A stretch of DNA of 64,000 nt, from assembly GCA_044344255.1 (NCBI GenBank), contig JBIJDH010000006.1:1-64000 (forward strand). The letters are read 5' to 3'. The notes below the pieces were generated by a model that was not told the DNA's origin, searched no databases, and saw only the letters and a list, made by a program, of their open reading frames with translations. Of this stretch, positions 35,163 to 45,061 are shown one piece after another; the stretch's first letter is position 1, and every line of letters starts with the position of its first letter. This DNA is from Myxococcota bacterium (lineage in GTDB: Bacteria > Myxococcota_A > UBA796 > UBA2385). The position numbers were made by a program, and so were the translations under genes.

Positions 35163-36304
35163 CCGAGCGCCTGGACGAGGAGGTCGGTGATGCGCTCGCT
35201 GGCGCGGCCGTCCCCGTAGGGGTTGTGGGCGCGCCGCATGGCCGAGGCGGCCTCGGGATCGAGCAGCAGCCGCTCGGACTCGGCGACGATGCGCTCGGTG
35301 TCCGTGCCGACGAGGCGGACGGTGCCCGACTCGACGCCCTCGGGCCGCTCCGTCACCTCGCGCATGACGAGGACGGGCTTACCGAGGCTGGGCGCCTCCT
35401 CCTGGATGCCGCCGGAGTCGGTGAGGATGAAGGTGGAGCGGTCCATCAGGCGGACGAAGGGCTCGTACTCCATCGGCGGCAGCAGGTGGACGTTCGGCAG
35501 GTCGGAGAGGGTCTCCCGCACCGGCCCCTGGACGTTGGGGTTGAGGTGGACGGGGTAGACGAGCTGCACGTCGGGGTGCCGCAGGGCGAGGGTGCGGAGG
35601 GCGCGGCAGATGTTGCGGAAGCCGTCGCCGAAGCTCTCGCGCCGGTGACCGGTGATGAGGATCAGCGGCACCGAGGGATCGAGGGTGGAGGCCCAGGCGC
35701 TGCCGAAGGCGGCCTCGAAGCGCTCGGCCGGCGCGACTCGGACGCGATCCCGCATCCAGAGCAGGGCGTCGATCACCGTGTTGCCGGTGACGTGGACGCG
35801 GGAGGGCTCCTGCCCCTCCGCCCGGAGGATGGCCGCCGAGCGCTCGGTGGGGGCGAAGTGCCAGGTGCAGAGCTTGTCGGCGAGGACGCGGTTCGCCTCT
35901 TCGGGGAAGGGGGCGCGCAGGTCACCCGTCCGCAGCCCCGCCTCGACATGACCGACCGGCACGCCGCTGTAGAAGGCGGCGAGGGTGGCGGCGAGGGTGG
36001 TCGTGGTGTCGCCGTGTACGAGCACCACGTCGGGGCGGGAGGCCTCGAGCACCGGCCGCATGCCGGTGAGCACGCGGGCGGTGAGGGCGTGGAGGTCCTG
36101 GCCCGGGCGCATGAGGTCGAGGTCGTAGTCGGGGACCAGCTCGAAGAGGCTCAGCACCTGGTCGAGCATGTCGCGGTGCTGCGCCGTGACGCAGACCCGC
36201 CCCTCTACCCTCGGGTGCGCGGCGAGCGCCCGCACCACGGGGGCCATCTTGATGGCCTCGGGCCGGGTCCCGAAGACGGTGAGGACCCGGATCGGACGGT
36301 CCAT
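35159..36304 (-). CDS. wecB: UDP-N-acetylglucosamine 2-epimerase (non-hydrolysing)
   Basis: [46 protein letters not shown]. Confidence 0.96.
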   Translation of the reverse strand: MDRPIRVLTVFGTRPEAIKMAPVVRALAAHPRVEGRVCVTAQHRDMLDQVLSLFELVPDYDLDLMRPGQDLHALTARVLTGMRPVLEASRPDVVLVHGDTTTTLAATLAAFYSGVPVGHVEAGLRTGDLRAPFPEEANRVLADKLCTWHFAPTERSAAILRAEGQEPSRVHVTGNTVIDALLWMRDRVRVAPAERFEAAFGSAWASTLDPSVPLILITGHRRESFGDGFRNICRALRTLALRHPDVQLVYPVHLNPNVQGPVRETLSDLPNVHLLPPMEYEPFVRLMDRSTFILTDSGGIQEEAPSLGKPVLVMREVTERPEGVESGTVRLVGTDTERIVAESERLLLDPEAASAMRRAHNPYGDGRASERITDLLVQALG

Positions 36305-36338
36305 GTCGGACGCTCCATAGCGGGAGGGCGGAGGCCGC

Positions 36339-36400
36339 TCAGGCCCGACGCCGAGCGGTGAGGGGCCGACGCCGAGCGGTCAGAGGCCGACGCCGAGCAA
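36339..36400. repeat. Three degenerate tandem copies of a 20-21 bp unit (core CCGACGCCGAGC)
   Basis: tcaggcccgacgccgagcgg / tgaggggccgacgccgagcgg / tcagaggccgacgccgagcaa. Confidence 0.75.
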
Positions 36401-38803
36401 GATGTAGGCAGAGCCGGAGTCAGTGGCCGACTGGTCGGCGTTGACGGCGGTGGTGCCGATGTCGTTCGTGCCGTTGCCGTCGAGGTCGCCGAGGAAGTTG
36501 ACCTCGGTGCCGGCGGCGTCGGTGGCCGCGGCCCCGAAGAAGGTCGCGTCGGCCTCGGGCGTGATCTCGTAGGCCCCGGCGGTGAAGGGGCCGTAGATGA
36601 GGTAGGTCAGGCCCTGCTCGTCGCTCCCCGCTCCCGGCGCACCGACCACGAGGTCGGGCTGTCCGTCGCCGTCCACGTCGCCGTCGCCGGCGAGGGAGGC
36701 GCCGATGCCGTCGCTCTCGGTGCTGCCGTAGAGCTGCACGTCGTAAGCGAGGTCGATCGCGACCCCGTCGGTGTCGGTGTCAACGGTGGCGCTGCCGCGG
36801 ATGAGGTAGATCGAGCCCGAGCCGGTGCCGCCCGTCGTGTTGTCGCCAGGGGCCGAGACCCAGAAGTCGATGTAGCCGTCCCCGTCGTCGTCGCCGGCGC
36901 TGGAGATGGCGGTGCCGCAGTAGTCTTTGGCGGTGCCGCCGTAGATCGTGGAGGCGAGCTGGCTCGCGTCCCCGCTGGCGGTGTAGCTGGTCCCGCCGAG
37001 GCCGAGGTAGACGACGCCGGCCTCGGAGCCAGCGGCGCTGGCCACCTTGGCGCCGAGCGCGAAGTCGTCGGCGCCGTCGCCGTTGATGTCGCCGAGCCCG
37101 CGGATGGTCGAGCCGAGCTTGTCGTTCGTCGCCTCGCCGAGGAGCACGACGTCGGCGGTGGAGGCGAGCGCCGAGCCATAACCCTGCAGGTCCGCTCCGC
37201 CGTAGAAGATATAGACCGCCCCAGACGCGCTCGAGAAGGAGTTGACCTCGGCGAAGGTGGCGCCCACGGCGAGGTCGTCGACCCCGTCCCCGTTGATGTC
37301 ACCCAAGCCTGCGAGGCCGCCGCCCAGGTAGTCAAAGGCCTTGCCGCCGTAGAACTGGCGGGTGGTGGTGTCGTCGAGGGTGACGTCGCCCGCGGTCGGG
37401 GTGGTGGCGCCGCTCACGATATAGAGCGTCCCGGCCTTCGACTTGGAGGTGGGAGAGTAGGTGGACGCGGTCACGCCGAAGTCATTGACGCCGTCGTCAT
37501 CGACGTCGCCGAGCGAGGCGATGGCGGTGCCGGCGAGGTCGGAGGTGGACTCGCCGCGGTAGATCACGTCGGCGTCGGCGGCGCTGAAGGTGCCGAGGAT
37601 GTCGGTCACCGGGCCGTAGATGAGGTAGGAGGCGCCCTCGCGCCCGCCATCGCCGTCGGGGTCAGCCGAGTTGGCCGAGACGAGGAGGTCGATGGCGCCG
37701 TCCCCGTTGAGGTCTCCCAGGCCGGTGAAGGCGTGACCGAGACCGTCGGTGGTGGAGGCCCCGGTGATCACGGAGTCGGCGGAGGTGAGCGTGAGATCGC
37801 AGATGGGGGACGGGTCGCAGTCGTTGTCGATCTCGTCGTTGCAGAGCTCGTTGGCGTCGGGGTTCACGGCCCCCGAGGTGTCGTCGCAGTCCCCGCCCGC
37901 CTCGACGTAGCCATCGAGGTTCACACAGGCGATGGCGAGCGTGGCGTCGTCGCCGAAGGTGTCACCGTCCGTGTCGAGGTAGTACTCGCCTGCGTCCTGG
38001 ACGCTGTCGTCGGTGGCGTCGGTGTAGCCGTCGCAGTCGTTGTCGATGCCGTCGCAGATCTCGGACGTGCCGGTGCTGTCGGGCTTGGCGGCCGAGGTGA
38101 AGTCGTTGCAGTCCTCGTCGTTGTCGACGAACAAGGAGCTCGGACGGGAGCACTCGACGAGCGTGTAGGCGTCCGAGCCGTAGCCGTCGAGATCGTAGTC
38201 GATGTACCAGGTCGTGCCGTCGATCGGGTTGTCATCCGCCTCGAGGTCACAGTCGTTGTCGACGCCGTCACAGACCTCGGCGGAGCCGGGCTTGCGGGTC
38301 TCGTCGGAGTCATCGCAGTCTTCGCAGGCCGGGACGCCGTCGGCGTCGGCGTCGGCGTAGCCGGTGGAGCCGTCGCAGTTGTAGTCGCGGTCGTCGGTGC
38401 AGTCCGTCTCGAGCGCCCCGGGGTGGAAGACGTCGGAGTTGTCGTCGCAGTCACCGGCGACGTCGGCGTAGCCGTCGGGCAGCTCGCAGGCGGTGGCGGA
38501 GAGGTCTGCGTCGCCGTAGCCGTCGCCGTCGGCGTCCAGCCAATACGTGCCCTGCACGCCCTCGTCGATCGAGTCGTTGCAGTCGTTGTCCTTGCCGTCG
38601 CAGGTCTCGGCGGCGCCGGGGTGGGCCTCCGGATCATCGTCGTTGCAATCATCGCCCTTGCGGAATCCGTCATTATCGTCGTCTTTGCTGCAGCCGACGG
38701 CGGACACCAAGGTGAACGCGAAGAGACAACGGAGCAGCAGTCGGACCGCGGGAGAACGGGTCACGCCGGCCGGGGTGTGGGCCGAGAAGGGGATGGTCTG
38801 CAT
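36380..38803 (-). CDS. Lipoprotein with MopE-related repeats and FG-GAP repeats
   Basis: Lipobox AVGC; repeated DCDD...P.A.E.CDG.DNDC and GD.NGDG..D. Confidence 0.9.
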   Translation of the reverse strand: MQTIPFSAHTPAGVTRSPAVRLLLRCLFAFTLVSAVGCSKDDDNDGFRKGDDCNDDDPEAHPGAAETCDGKDNDCNDSIDEGVQGTYWLDADGDGYGDADLSATACELPDGYADVAGDCDDNSDVFHPGALETDCTDDRDYNCDGSTGYADADADGVPACEDCDDSDETRKPGSAEVCDGVDNDCDLEADDNPIDGTTWYIDYDLDGYGSDAYTLVECSRPSSLFVDNDEDCNDFTSAAKPDSTGTSEICDGIDNDCDGYTDATDDSVQDAGEYYLDTDGDTFGDDATLAIACVNLDGYVEAGGDCDDTSGAVNPDANELCNDEIDNDCDPSPICDLTLTSADSVITGASTTDGLGHAFTGLGDLNGDGAIDLLVSANSADPDGDGGREGASYLIYGPVTDILGTFSAADADVIYRGESTSDLAGTAIASLGDVDDDGVNDFGVTASTYSPTSKSKAGTLYIVSGATTPTAGDVTLDDTTTRQFYGGKAFDYLGGGLAGLGDINGDGVDDLAVGATFAEVNSFSSASGAVYIFYGGADLQGYGSALASTADVVLLGEATNDKLGSTIRGLGDINGDGADDFALGAKVASAAGSEAGVVYLGLGGTSYTASGDASQLASTIYGGTAKDYCGTAISSAGDDDGDGYIDFWVSAPGDNTTGGTGSGSIYLIRGSATVDTDTDGVAIDLAYDVQLYGSTESDGIGASLAGDGDVDGDGQPDLVVGAPGAGSDEQGLTYLIYGPFTAGAYEITPEADATFFGAAATDAAGTEVNFLGDLDGNGTNDIGTTAVNADQSATDSGSAYILLGVGL

Positions 38804-38849
38804 GGACGCTCCTGTGTGCCCCTACCTTAGCCCCGGCCGCGCGAGCCCG

Positions 38850-40361
38850 TCAACGAAGGGCGGGGGCCGCGCGCCGCAGGCTGACCAGCGCAAAGATCAC
38901 CGCGCCAACCAGGAAAAGGCCGCGGGAAGGGTCGAGAGTGGGCGGGCCGCAGGTACATTCGGTTACATTCGCGAACCAAGGAGACAGCCAAAGGCGATCC
39001 TCCTCACCGTCCGAGCGAAAGAAGCGGGCGCGGAGGTAGAGGGTGTCGCCCGGCGCGGGGTCCCACTCGGCGGTTAGGCTGGCCTCCTCGCTCCAAGCGA
39101 GCAGCGCGCCGCCGGGGCCGATGAGCTCGAGGCGGAGATCGAGCTCCTCCTCGCTCAGGGCGGACAGCTCCACCTCGACCCGCAGCGTACCCTCCGAGGG
39201 TACGGCTTCGCCGAAGCTCCAGGCCTGGCCGGCGTCGTCGAAGACCGCGGCGCGGAGCTCGGGGCGGGGCCCGGAGGTGGCGAGGGTCCGGCGGGCGGAG
39301 AGGTTGTCGAAGAGGTGGGCGGCGTCGAGCGGCTCGCCCGCGGCGAGCAGGACCCCCGTGAGGCCGCCGCCGGTGAGCTGGCGTCGCGGGCTGTCGGGGA
39401 CACCGTCCAGATCGACGTCTTCCCACTGTGCGACCGCGCTCGGCCCGTCCTCCAGGCTGCCCGGCCGACCGTCGTGGCTGTCTGTCCCGCCGACGAAGCC
39501 GACCGTCAGGCCGCGGTCGAGGGCGGTCTGCGCGGCGCCGTCCGGGTAGTAGTGGTCGGGCTCGGTGGCCCAGTCGCAGCCCTCGGCGCCGAGGTCGGCG
39601 CACTCCGAGCTGCCATGCTCGGAGAAGATCTCGATGAGGCGGTCGTCGCCGAGCCGGTTCTCGTCGAGGAGCCAATCGGTGGGCTCGGGGGGATCCCAGG
39701 CCGAGTGGTGCACGAAGCTGAGCGCCTCCACCTCGGGGCAGCGGCCGGCGGCGTCTTCGAGCGCTTGGGCCAACTGCGCGGCGCGGTTGGAGATCGAGGC
39801 GTCGGCGCGCTGGCTGAAGTCGGGCGCACCCTCCGGGCGGTTCTCCGAGGGGGCGCGGAGGGCGCTGCCGGGGACCCGCCAGGCCGCGCAGGCGGAGGGA
39901 TCGCTCAGCAGCACCGTGCGGTGGGAGCCCCGGCTGTGCCCCTCGCGCACGGCGCTGTCGTAGGCGGTCCACTCGTAGCCGAGGATCGGCAGCACCGGGC
40001 CGCCCCGCGCGGCGGACACCACGGCGGCTTGCCCGTCCCAGATGTCGAGCGCGGGGCCGCCCTCTCCGTCGAGGGAGAGCGAGTCGGCCTCGGCGTGGTC
40101 GGTGAGCGCCGCGAAGTCGAGGCCGGCGTCCTCCGCCTGCTCGAAGAAGTCGGCGGCCGGTGTCTCGCCCCGGGGTGTGCAATTGGCGTCCGGCTGCTCG
40201 CAGCCGTCGTAGGACCAGCCGCTGTGCGCGTGGAGGTCGCCCCAGACCCACGTGGAGCCCTCCTCGACGCTCGCGAGCTCGTCGCTGGGCGTCCGGCAGG
40301 CCGTCGCGGCGCACGCCACCCCGAGGAGGAGCAGCGTCAAGCGGGTGATTCGCGGGCCCAT
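38850..40361 (-). CDS. PHP-type (CehA/McbA/DUF3604-like) metallohydrolase, exported
   Basis: WGDLHAHS..S.DG, LTDH, GYEW, HR, GTDSHD; C-terminal CTC-linker-TM-RR tail. Confidence 0.8.
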   Translation of the reverse strand: MGPRITRLTLLLLGVACAATACRTPSDELASVEEGSTWVWGDLHAHSGWSYDGCEQPDANCTPRGETPAADFFEQAEDAGLDFAALTDHAEADSLSLDGEGGPALDIWDGQAAVVSAARGGPVLPILGYEWTAYDSAVREGHSRGSHRTVLLSDPSACAAWRVPGSALRAPSENRPEGAPDFSQRADASISNRAAQLAQALEDAAGRCPEVEALSFVHHSAWDPPEPTDWLLDENRLGDDRLIEIFSEHGSSECADLGAEGCDWATEPDHYYPDGAAQTALDRGLTVGFVGGTDSHDGRPGSLEDGPSAVAQWEDVDLDGVPDSPRRQLTGGGLTGVLLAAGEPLDAAHLFDNLSARRTLATSGPRPELRAAVFDDAGQAWSFGEAVPSEGTLRVEVELSALSEEELDLRLELIGPGGALLAWSEEASLTAEWDPAPGDTLYLRARFFRSDGEEDRLWLSPWFANVTECTCGPPTLDPSRGLFLVGAVIFALVSLRRAAPALR

Positions 40362-40380
40362 TCGAAGGGGCGACCTCCTG

Positions 40381-40418
40381 AAACGACGAGGCCCGCCTCG
40401 GCGCGAACCGGGCGGGCC
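40381..40418 (-). terminator. Possible intrinsic terminator after the 40470-40985 gene
   Basis: GGCCCGCC(T)CGG / CCGGGCGGGCC stem followed on the minus strand by TCGTCGTTT (weak U-tract). Confidence 0.4.
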
Positions 40419-40469
40419 AAGCGGTACCTCAGGGGCCCGCCGCGGGGGCGGACCTCTGAGGCGCGGGCG

Positions 40470-40985
40470 TTAGATCGAGCCGCAGCCGAGCTCGGAGTAG
40501 TAGGAGCCGGCGCCGTTGCCCCAGGCCCAGCAATCACCGGTGCCGCCGAAGTCGGGGTCCGACTCGAGGTAGTAGGCGACCGAGCCGTCGTAGGACGAGC
40601 TGGTGAAGACGGTGGTGCCCGCCTGGAGGTCGGCGTAGTCGCCGCCGTAGGAGAGGGTGGTGTCGCCGCCGTCACCGGCGTCGTGGCAGTAGGAGAAGTT
40701 GGTGCCGTCACCGGTGGTGTAGCCGTAGAGGCAATCCTCACCGGTCCAGGGGTCGTCGGAGGCGCCGGTCTCGGCCATGCCGAACCAGTAGGCGCCGGGG
40801 CCGCCCGAGACGCTCAGGGTGACGGAGGAGCCGCCCCAAGAGACGGACGCGGAGGGATCGCCGCCGCCGCCGTCGGTGCCGTCACCGCCGCCGCCGCTGG
40901 TGTCACCGGTGTCGCCACCCTTGTCGCTGCAGCCGGTGGTGGCGAAGGCAATGAGGGCGAGGGCCCCGAAGAGCTTGAAGTTCAT
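40470..40985 (-). CDS. Lipoprotein, hypothetical
   Basis: GGAGG RBS + ATG 40985; signal ending TTGC; DTGDTSGGGGDG linker; WTGEDC. Confidence 0.8.
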   Translation of the reverse strand: MNFKLFGALALIAFATTGCSDKGGDTGDTSGGGGDGTDGGGGDPSASVSWGGSSVTLSVSGGPGAYWFGMAETGASDDPWTGEDCLYGYTTGDGTNFSYCHDAGDGGDTTLSYGGDYADLQAGTTVFTSSSYDGSVAYYLESDPDFGGTGDCWAWGNGAGSYYSELGCGSI

Positions 40986-41259
40986 GCTGTCCTCCATCTG
41001 AGGCCGGTCACCCGGCGTCTGGTGCCCACGGGGGCGTCGTTGTTGAGATCACTTGTGGCTACTATCACCCGGATTTGACAACACCGCCACAATTGAAAGT
41101 GGCCATGTCGGTCTTCCGTTGAAAGACTGAGCCGCCCGGTGAGCGGAACCGCATCCGCCACGCCGACGCAGCGGAGAGCGGTCTGTTTTTAGCGGAGCTT
41201 GAAGCGATCCGCAAGCGGGCTCCCTCGCGTGCCCCGCCGGGTCAGGGTAGACGGGCCGC

Positions 41260-42027
41260 ATGTGGACCCTCGGCCCCCTCTCGCTGCGCTCCCGCCTCCT
41301 CGTCGGAACCGGGAAGTACCCCGACTTCTCCACCATGCGCGACTGCCACCTGGCAGCCGAGACGGAGATGGTCACCGTCGCCTTACGGCGCGTCGATCTC
41401 TCGGCGCCGCGGGGGAGCAACATCCTCGACTTCATCGATCGCAGCCGCGTCCACATCCTGCCCAACACGGCGGGCTGCTACACGGCCGAGGACGCCATCA
41501 CCACGGCGCGTCTGGCGAGGGAGCTGCTCGAAACGCCGCTGATCAAGCTTGAGGTGATCGGCGATCCGGACACGCTCTTCCCCGACACCGAGGGCACGCT
41601 CGAGGCGGCGCGGGTCCTCGTGAAGGAGGGCTTCGTCGTGCTGCCCTACATCATCGATGATCCCGTCGCCTGCCGGCGCCTCGCAGACCTCGGCTGCGCC
41701 GCCGTGATGCCGCTGGCGGCGCCGATCGGCAGCGGGCTCGGGATCCGCAACCCGACCAACCTCCTCATCATCCGCGAGCAGGCCAAGGTGCCGGTGATCG
41801 TCGATGCGGGCGTGGGCACGGCGAGCGACGCCGCCTTGGCGATGGAGCTCGGTGTGGACGCGATCCTCCTCAACACGGCGATCGCAGGGGCGACCGATCC
41901 GGTCCGCATGGCGAGGGCGATGCGCCTCGGCGTCGAGGCTGGTCGCGAGGCCTTCCTCGCCGGTCGGATCCCGCGCCGGCTGTATGCCGCGGCGAGCTCC
42001 CCCCTCTCGGGGCTCCTCGGCTCGTGA
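41260..42027 (+). CDS. thiG: Thiazole synthase
   Basis: [46 protein letters not shown]. Confidence 0.97.
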   Translation: MWTLGPLSLRSRLLVGTGKYPDFSTMRDCHLAAETEMVTVALRRVDLSAPRGSNILDFIDRSRVHILPNTAGCYTAEDAITTARLARELLETPLIKLEVIGDPDTLFPDTEGTLEAARVLVKEGFVVLPYIIDDPVACRRLADLGCAAVMPLAAPIGSGLGIRNPTNLLIIREQAKVPVIVDAGVGTASDAALAMELGVDAILLNTAIAGATDPVRMARAMRLGVEAGREAFLAGRIPRRLYAAASSPLSGLLGS

Positions 42028-42722
42028 GCGGCGATCTGCCGGCGCTGATCGGCATCAGCGCGGGGGATCACCGGTGCGGCCGTGATCTGGTCTCGCTCGC
42101 GGAGGGCGCCGCGCGGGGTGGGCTGCGGGCGATCATCTTGCGCGAGGCACAGCTCGGGGATCGCGCCCTCGTCGATCTCGCCCGGCGCCTCGCTCCGACC
42201 TTCGGTGAAGGGCTGCTGCTGCACGGGCGCTCCCCGGCCGGCCTGGAGATCGCCGAGCGGAGCGGCTGGGGCCTGCACCTCCCCGATCGGCTCCCCGATG
42301 GCGCGCCGAGCCTCGCGGAGCATCGGAGAGCGGTGCGCGGCCTCCTCGGCCAGAGCGTACACGACGCCGCGGGCCTCGCCGCCGCCGCCAACGCGGGGCT
42401 CGACTACGCGATCCTCGCGCCGGTCTTCGCCCCCGGCAGCAAGCCCGGAGATGTCCGCCCGACCCTCGGGATCGCAGGGCTGAGCACGCTCATCGCCGGC
42501 GCCGGTCTGCCCGTGTACGCCCTCGGTGGGGTCGGCCCGGAGGCGGTGGGGGCCTGTTTCGCGGCAGGGGCGATCGGCGTGGCGTCGCTGTCCGCGCTGT
42601 TCGGGCCCGACGCGACGCCCGAGTCGGCCGAGCGTGCGGCCCGCGCGCTGCTCCTCGTCGCCTCGGCCGCTCGATCGGGGCAGTTTGGCAGCGGCGCGGG
42701 GTCCGATACACTGCACGAATGA
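42024..42722 (+). CDS. Thiamine phosphate synthase family protein (ThiE/TenI-like)
   Basis: LRE, GLHL, GQSVH, APVF...SKPG, VYALGGV. Confidence 0.85.
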   Translation: MSGDLPALIGISAGDHRCGRDLVSLAEGAARGGLRAIILREAQLGDRALVDLARRLAPTFGEGLLLHGRSPAGLEIAERSGWGLHLPDRLPDGAPSLAEHRRAVRGLLGQSVHDAAGLAAAANAGLDYAILAPVFAPGSKPGDVRPTLGIAGLSTLIAGAGLPVYALGGVGPEAVGACFAAGAIGVASLSALFGPDATPESAERAARALLLVASAARSGQFGSGAGSDTLHE

Positions 42723-44101
42723 TCGGGCCCCCCCAGAGAGTCCTCCTCGTCCGACCGCCGCGTCGGGGGCCCTCCGACGCCGGGCTGAGCGTCCCCCCGC
42801 TGGGCCTCGCGTACATCGCGGGCGCGCTCCGTGAGGCGGGGCACGACGTCCAGATCATAGACGCTTACGCGCTGAATTGGACCTGGCCGCGCTTCGCCGA
42901 CGCCGTCGCCGCTGCCCGACCCGACGTCTTCGGCCTCGGCGCGATGACCCCCGTGGCCGACGTCGCCGCCCGCGCGGTGGCCCTCGCTCGGCCCCATGTC
43001 GGGCGTGTCGTCCTCGGCGGGCCCCACCCCACGGCGGTGCGGGAGGCCGTCTTCACGGCCATGCCGGGCTTGGACGCCGCCGTGGTGGGGGAGGGGGAGC
43101 GAGTGGTGGTGGAGCTCCTCGACTGGTGGGCCGCGGGGGGCTCGGCCGATCCACCGCCCGGGGTGCTGGCGCTCGGCCGCGCCTTCCGCCCTGCGATCCC
43201 CGAGCCTGACCTCACTCGCCTCCCGGCTCCGGCCCGCGACCTCCTGCCGGGCTCCGCCTATCGGTACCTCTTCGCCACAAGGCCGGGCTTCGGCACGCTG
43301 ATCACCAGCCGGGGTTGCCCGTTTCGATGCTCGTTCTGCGACAAGAGCGTGAGCGGATCTCGCTGGCGGGCCCGGCCAGCCGAGCATGTGGTCGACGAGA
43401 TGGCGAGGATGCGGAGCGAACAAGGCGTCCGCTTCATCAATATCTATGATGATAATTTCACGCTGCGCCCGAGTCGGGTGGCCGAGATCTGCGAGGAGCT
43501 TCTGCGGCGGCGCATCGACGTCGAGTGGAAGTGTGAGGGGCGGGTGGACGTGGCCGATCTGGAGCTCCTGCGCCTCATGCGACGCGCCGGCTGTCGCACC
43601 ATCGCCTACGGGGTGGAGAGCGGGAACCCGGAGACCCTGGCCCTCCTGAGGAAGGACATCACGGTTGAGGAGTCGCGCGAGGCCTTCCGGCTGACCCGCG
43701 CGGCGGGCATCCGCAGCCTCGCCTACGTGATCCTCGGGGCGCCCGGGGAGGGGGTGGGTGAGGTGGAGCGGACTGTTCGCTTCTGTCGGGAGATTGGGGC
43801 GGACTACGTACAGTTCTCGTCGCTCGTCGCCATGCCGGGGACCCCGCTCTTCGCCTCCCACGGCGCCACGGCGGGCGTGAAGGGGCCGGTGGACGGCGAT
43901 CTCGAGCGGGCGACGGTCACCGATCTGCCCCCGGAGCAGCTCCAGCGCCTCCTCCGACGGGCCTGGACCGGCTTCTACCTCCGCCCTCGGCCGGCGGCGC
44001 GGCTCGCCCGCGACGCGGTGCGGAGCGGCTCCATCCCAGAGGCGGTCCGGTTGGGATCGGCGCTCGGGCGCTGGGCCCTCGGGGTCGGCGCCGATGTGTG
44101 A
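42719..44101 (+). CDS. B12-binding domain radical SAM protein
   Basis: PPLGLAYIA, GGPHPT, GEGE, TSRGCPFRCSFC, DDNF, GVESG. Confidence 0.93.
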   Translation: MIGPPQRVLLVRPPRRGPSDAGLSVPPLGLAYIAGALREAGHDVQIIDAYALNWTWPRFADAVAAARPDVFGLGAMTPVADVAARAVALARPHVGRVVLGGPHPTAVREAVFTAMPGLDAAVVGEGERVVVELLDWWAAGGSADPPPGVLALGRAFRPAIPEPDLTRLPAPARDLLPGSAYRYLFATRPGFGTLITSRGCPFRCSFCDKSVSGSRWRARPAEHVVDEMARMRSEQGVRFINIYDDNFTLRPSRVAEICEELLRRRIDVEWKCEGRVDVADLELLRLMRRAGCRTIAYGVESGNPETLALLRKDITVEESREAFRLTRAAGIRSLAYVILGAPGEGVGEVERTVRFCREIGADYVQFSSLVAMPGTPLFASHGATAGVKGPVDGDLERATVTDLPPEQLQRLLRRAWTGFYLRPRPAARLARDAVRSGSIPEAVRLGSALGRWALGVGADV

Positions 44102-44120
44102 GGGCGGTCACGGGCGCGGG

Positions 44121-44837
44121 CTAGGCGGGCACGACCCGCTCGCCTTCGACACGCCAACCGACAGGCGGCCGCTCGGACACGCCAGCGGCGAGGTCCCCGA
44201 GCGTCCAGCCGCGGCGGTTGAAGGCCTCGGCGATCCGCACGCGGACTCGGTTCGACTCTTCGTCTCGGCGGGCGAGGGCGCGGGCGAGGTCGGCCCGAAC
44301 GGCGTCGGACTCCTGCGCCAGCAAGGTCTCGATGGCGGCGTAGCGCACGCCCTCGTCGAAGTCTTCGAGGCAGGCAGGCACGCGCTGCACGATCCGCTCG
44401 TCGAGGAAGTCGGCCAGCTTGATGAGCACCTGGCGCTTCTTCTCGGGCTTGAAGGGATCGACCTCCCGGCCGAGGAGGTCGAGCAGCACGTCCACGGCGG
44501 CAGCGGGCCCCTCCAGCGTGTCGATGATCTGCAGCGGGACGGCGAAGCTCTCGTTCTTCCGAACCCACTGCCGCACCGGATTGCCGACCTTCTCCTTGCC
44601 GAGGCCGAGCAGGAGCCGGTGGGCGAGCTCCTTCTCCGCGGTGTCCTTCATGCGCTGCTCGTAGGTGAGCGTGAAGCGCCCGAGGATCCCGTAGACCGCC
44701 TCCTCCGTCCCGTTCTCCGCGAGCCACTGCATCGACAGCTCCCGCTCCTCGGCCTGCGCGTTCGGGCTCTTCGCCCGCTTCGCATGGCGTTGAATCTGCT
44801 TTTCGTCGCCACCCAGAAAAAAGTCGAAGAATCCCAT
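44121..44837 (-). CDS. HEAT-repeat protein
   Basis: GGAG RBS + ATG 44837 (MGFFDFF); LEDFDEGVRYAAIETL helical repeats. Confidence 0.8.
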   Translation of the reverse strand: MGFFDFFLGGDEKQIQRHAKRAKSPNAQAEERELSMQWLAENGTEEAVYGILGRFTLTYEQRMKDTAEKELAHRLLLGLGKEKVGNPVRQWVRKNESFAVPLQIIDTLEGPAAAVDVLLDLLGREVDPFKPEKKRQVLIKLADFLDERIVQRVPACLEDFDEGVRYAAIETLLAQESDAVRADLARALARRDEESNRVRVRIAEAFNRRGWTLGDLAAGVSERPPVGWRVEGERVVPA

Positions 44838-45061
44838 CGCGCGCTCCACCGCCCCCGGGGTCCGGGGGTCGGGCGGCGCAAGGTAAGAACCGACCGGGCG
44901 GGGGCAAGGGGGCGCGGTCGCTTGGCGACCGGCGACCGCTTGCTCGTGAACGTCGTGCACGTTGACGACCGGCGTCGCCTCGCCGTACAATGCTCAACCT
45001 GACTTGTTGTGTCTGGAAACACCTGGGGTCCCGATGTCGGCCCTGGATCGGTGGAGGCTTC

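Noticed and set aside
41000..41259. TPP riboswitch upstream of thiG
   Set aside because: The conserved CTGAGA and ACCTG...AGCGTAGGGA-type elements were not found.
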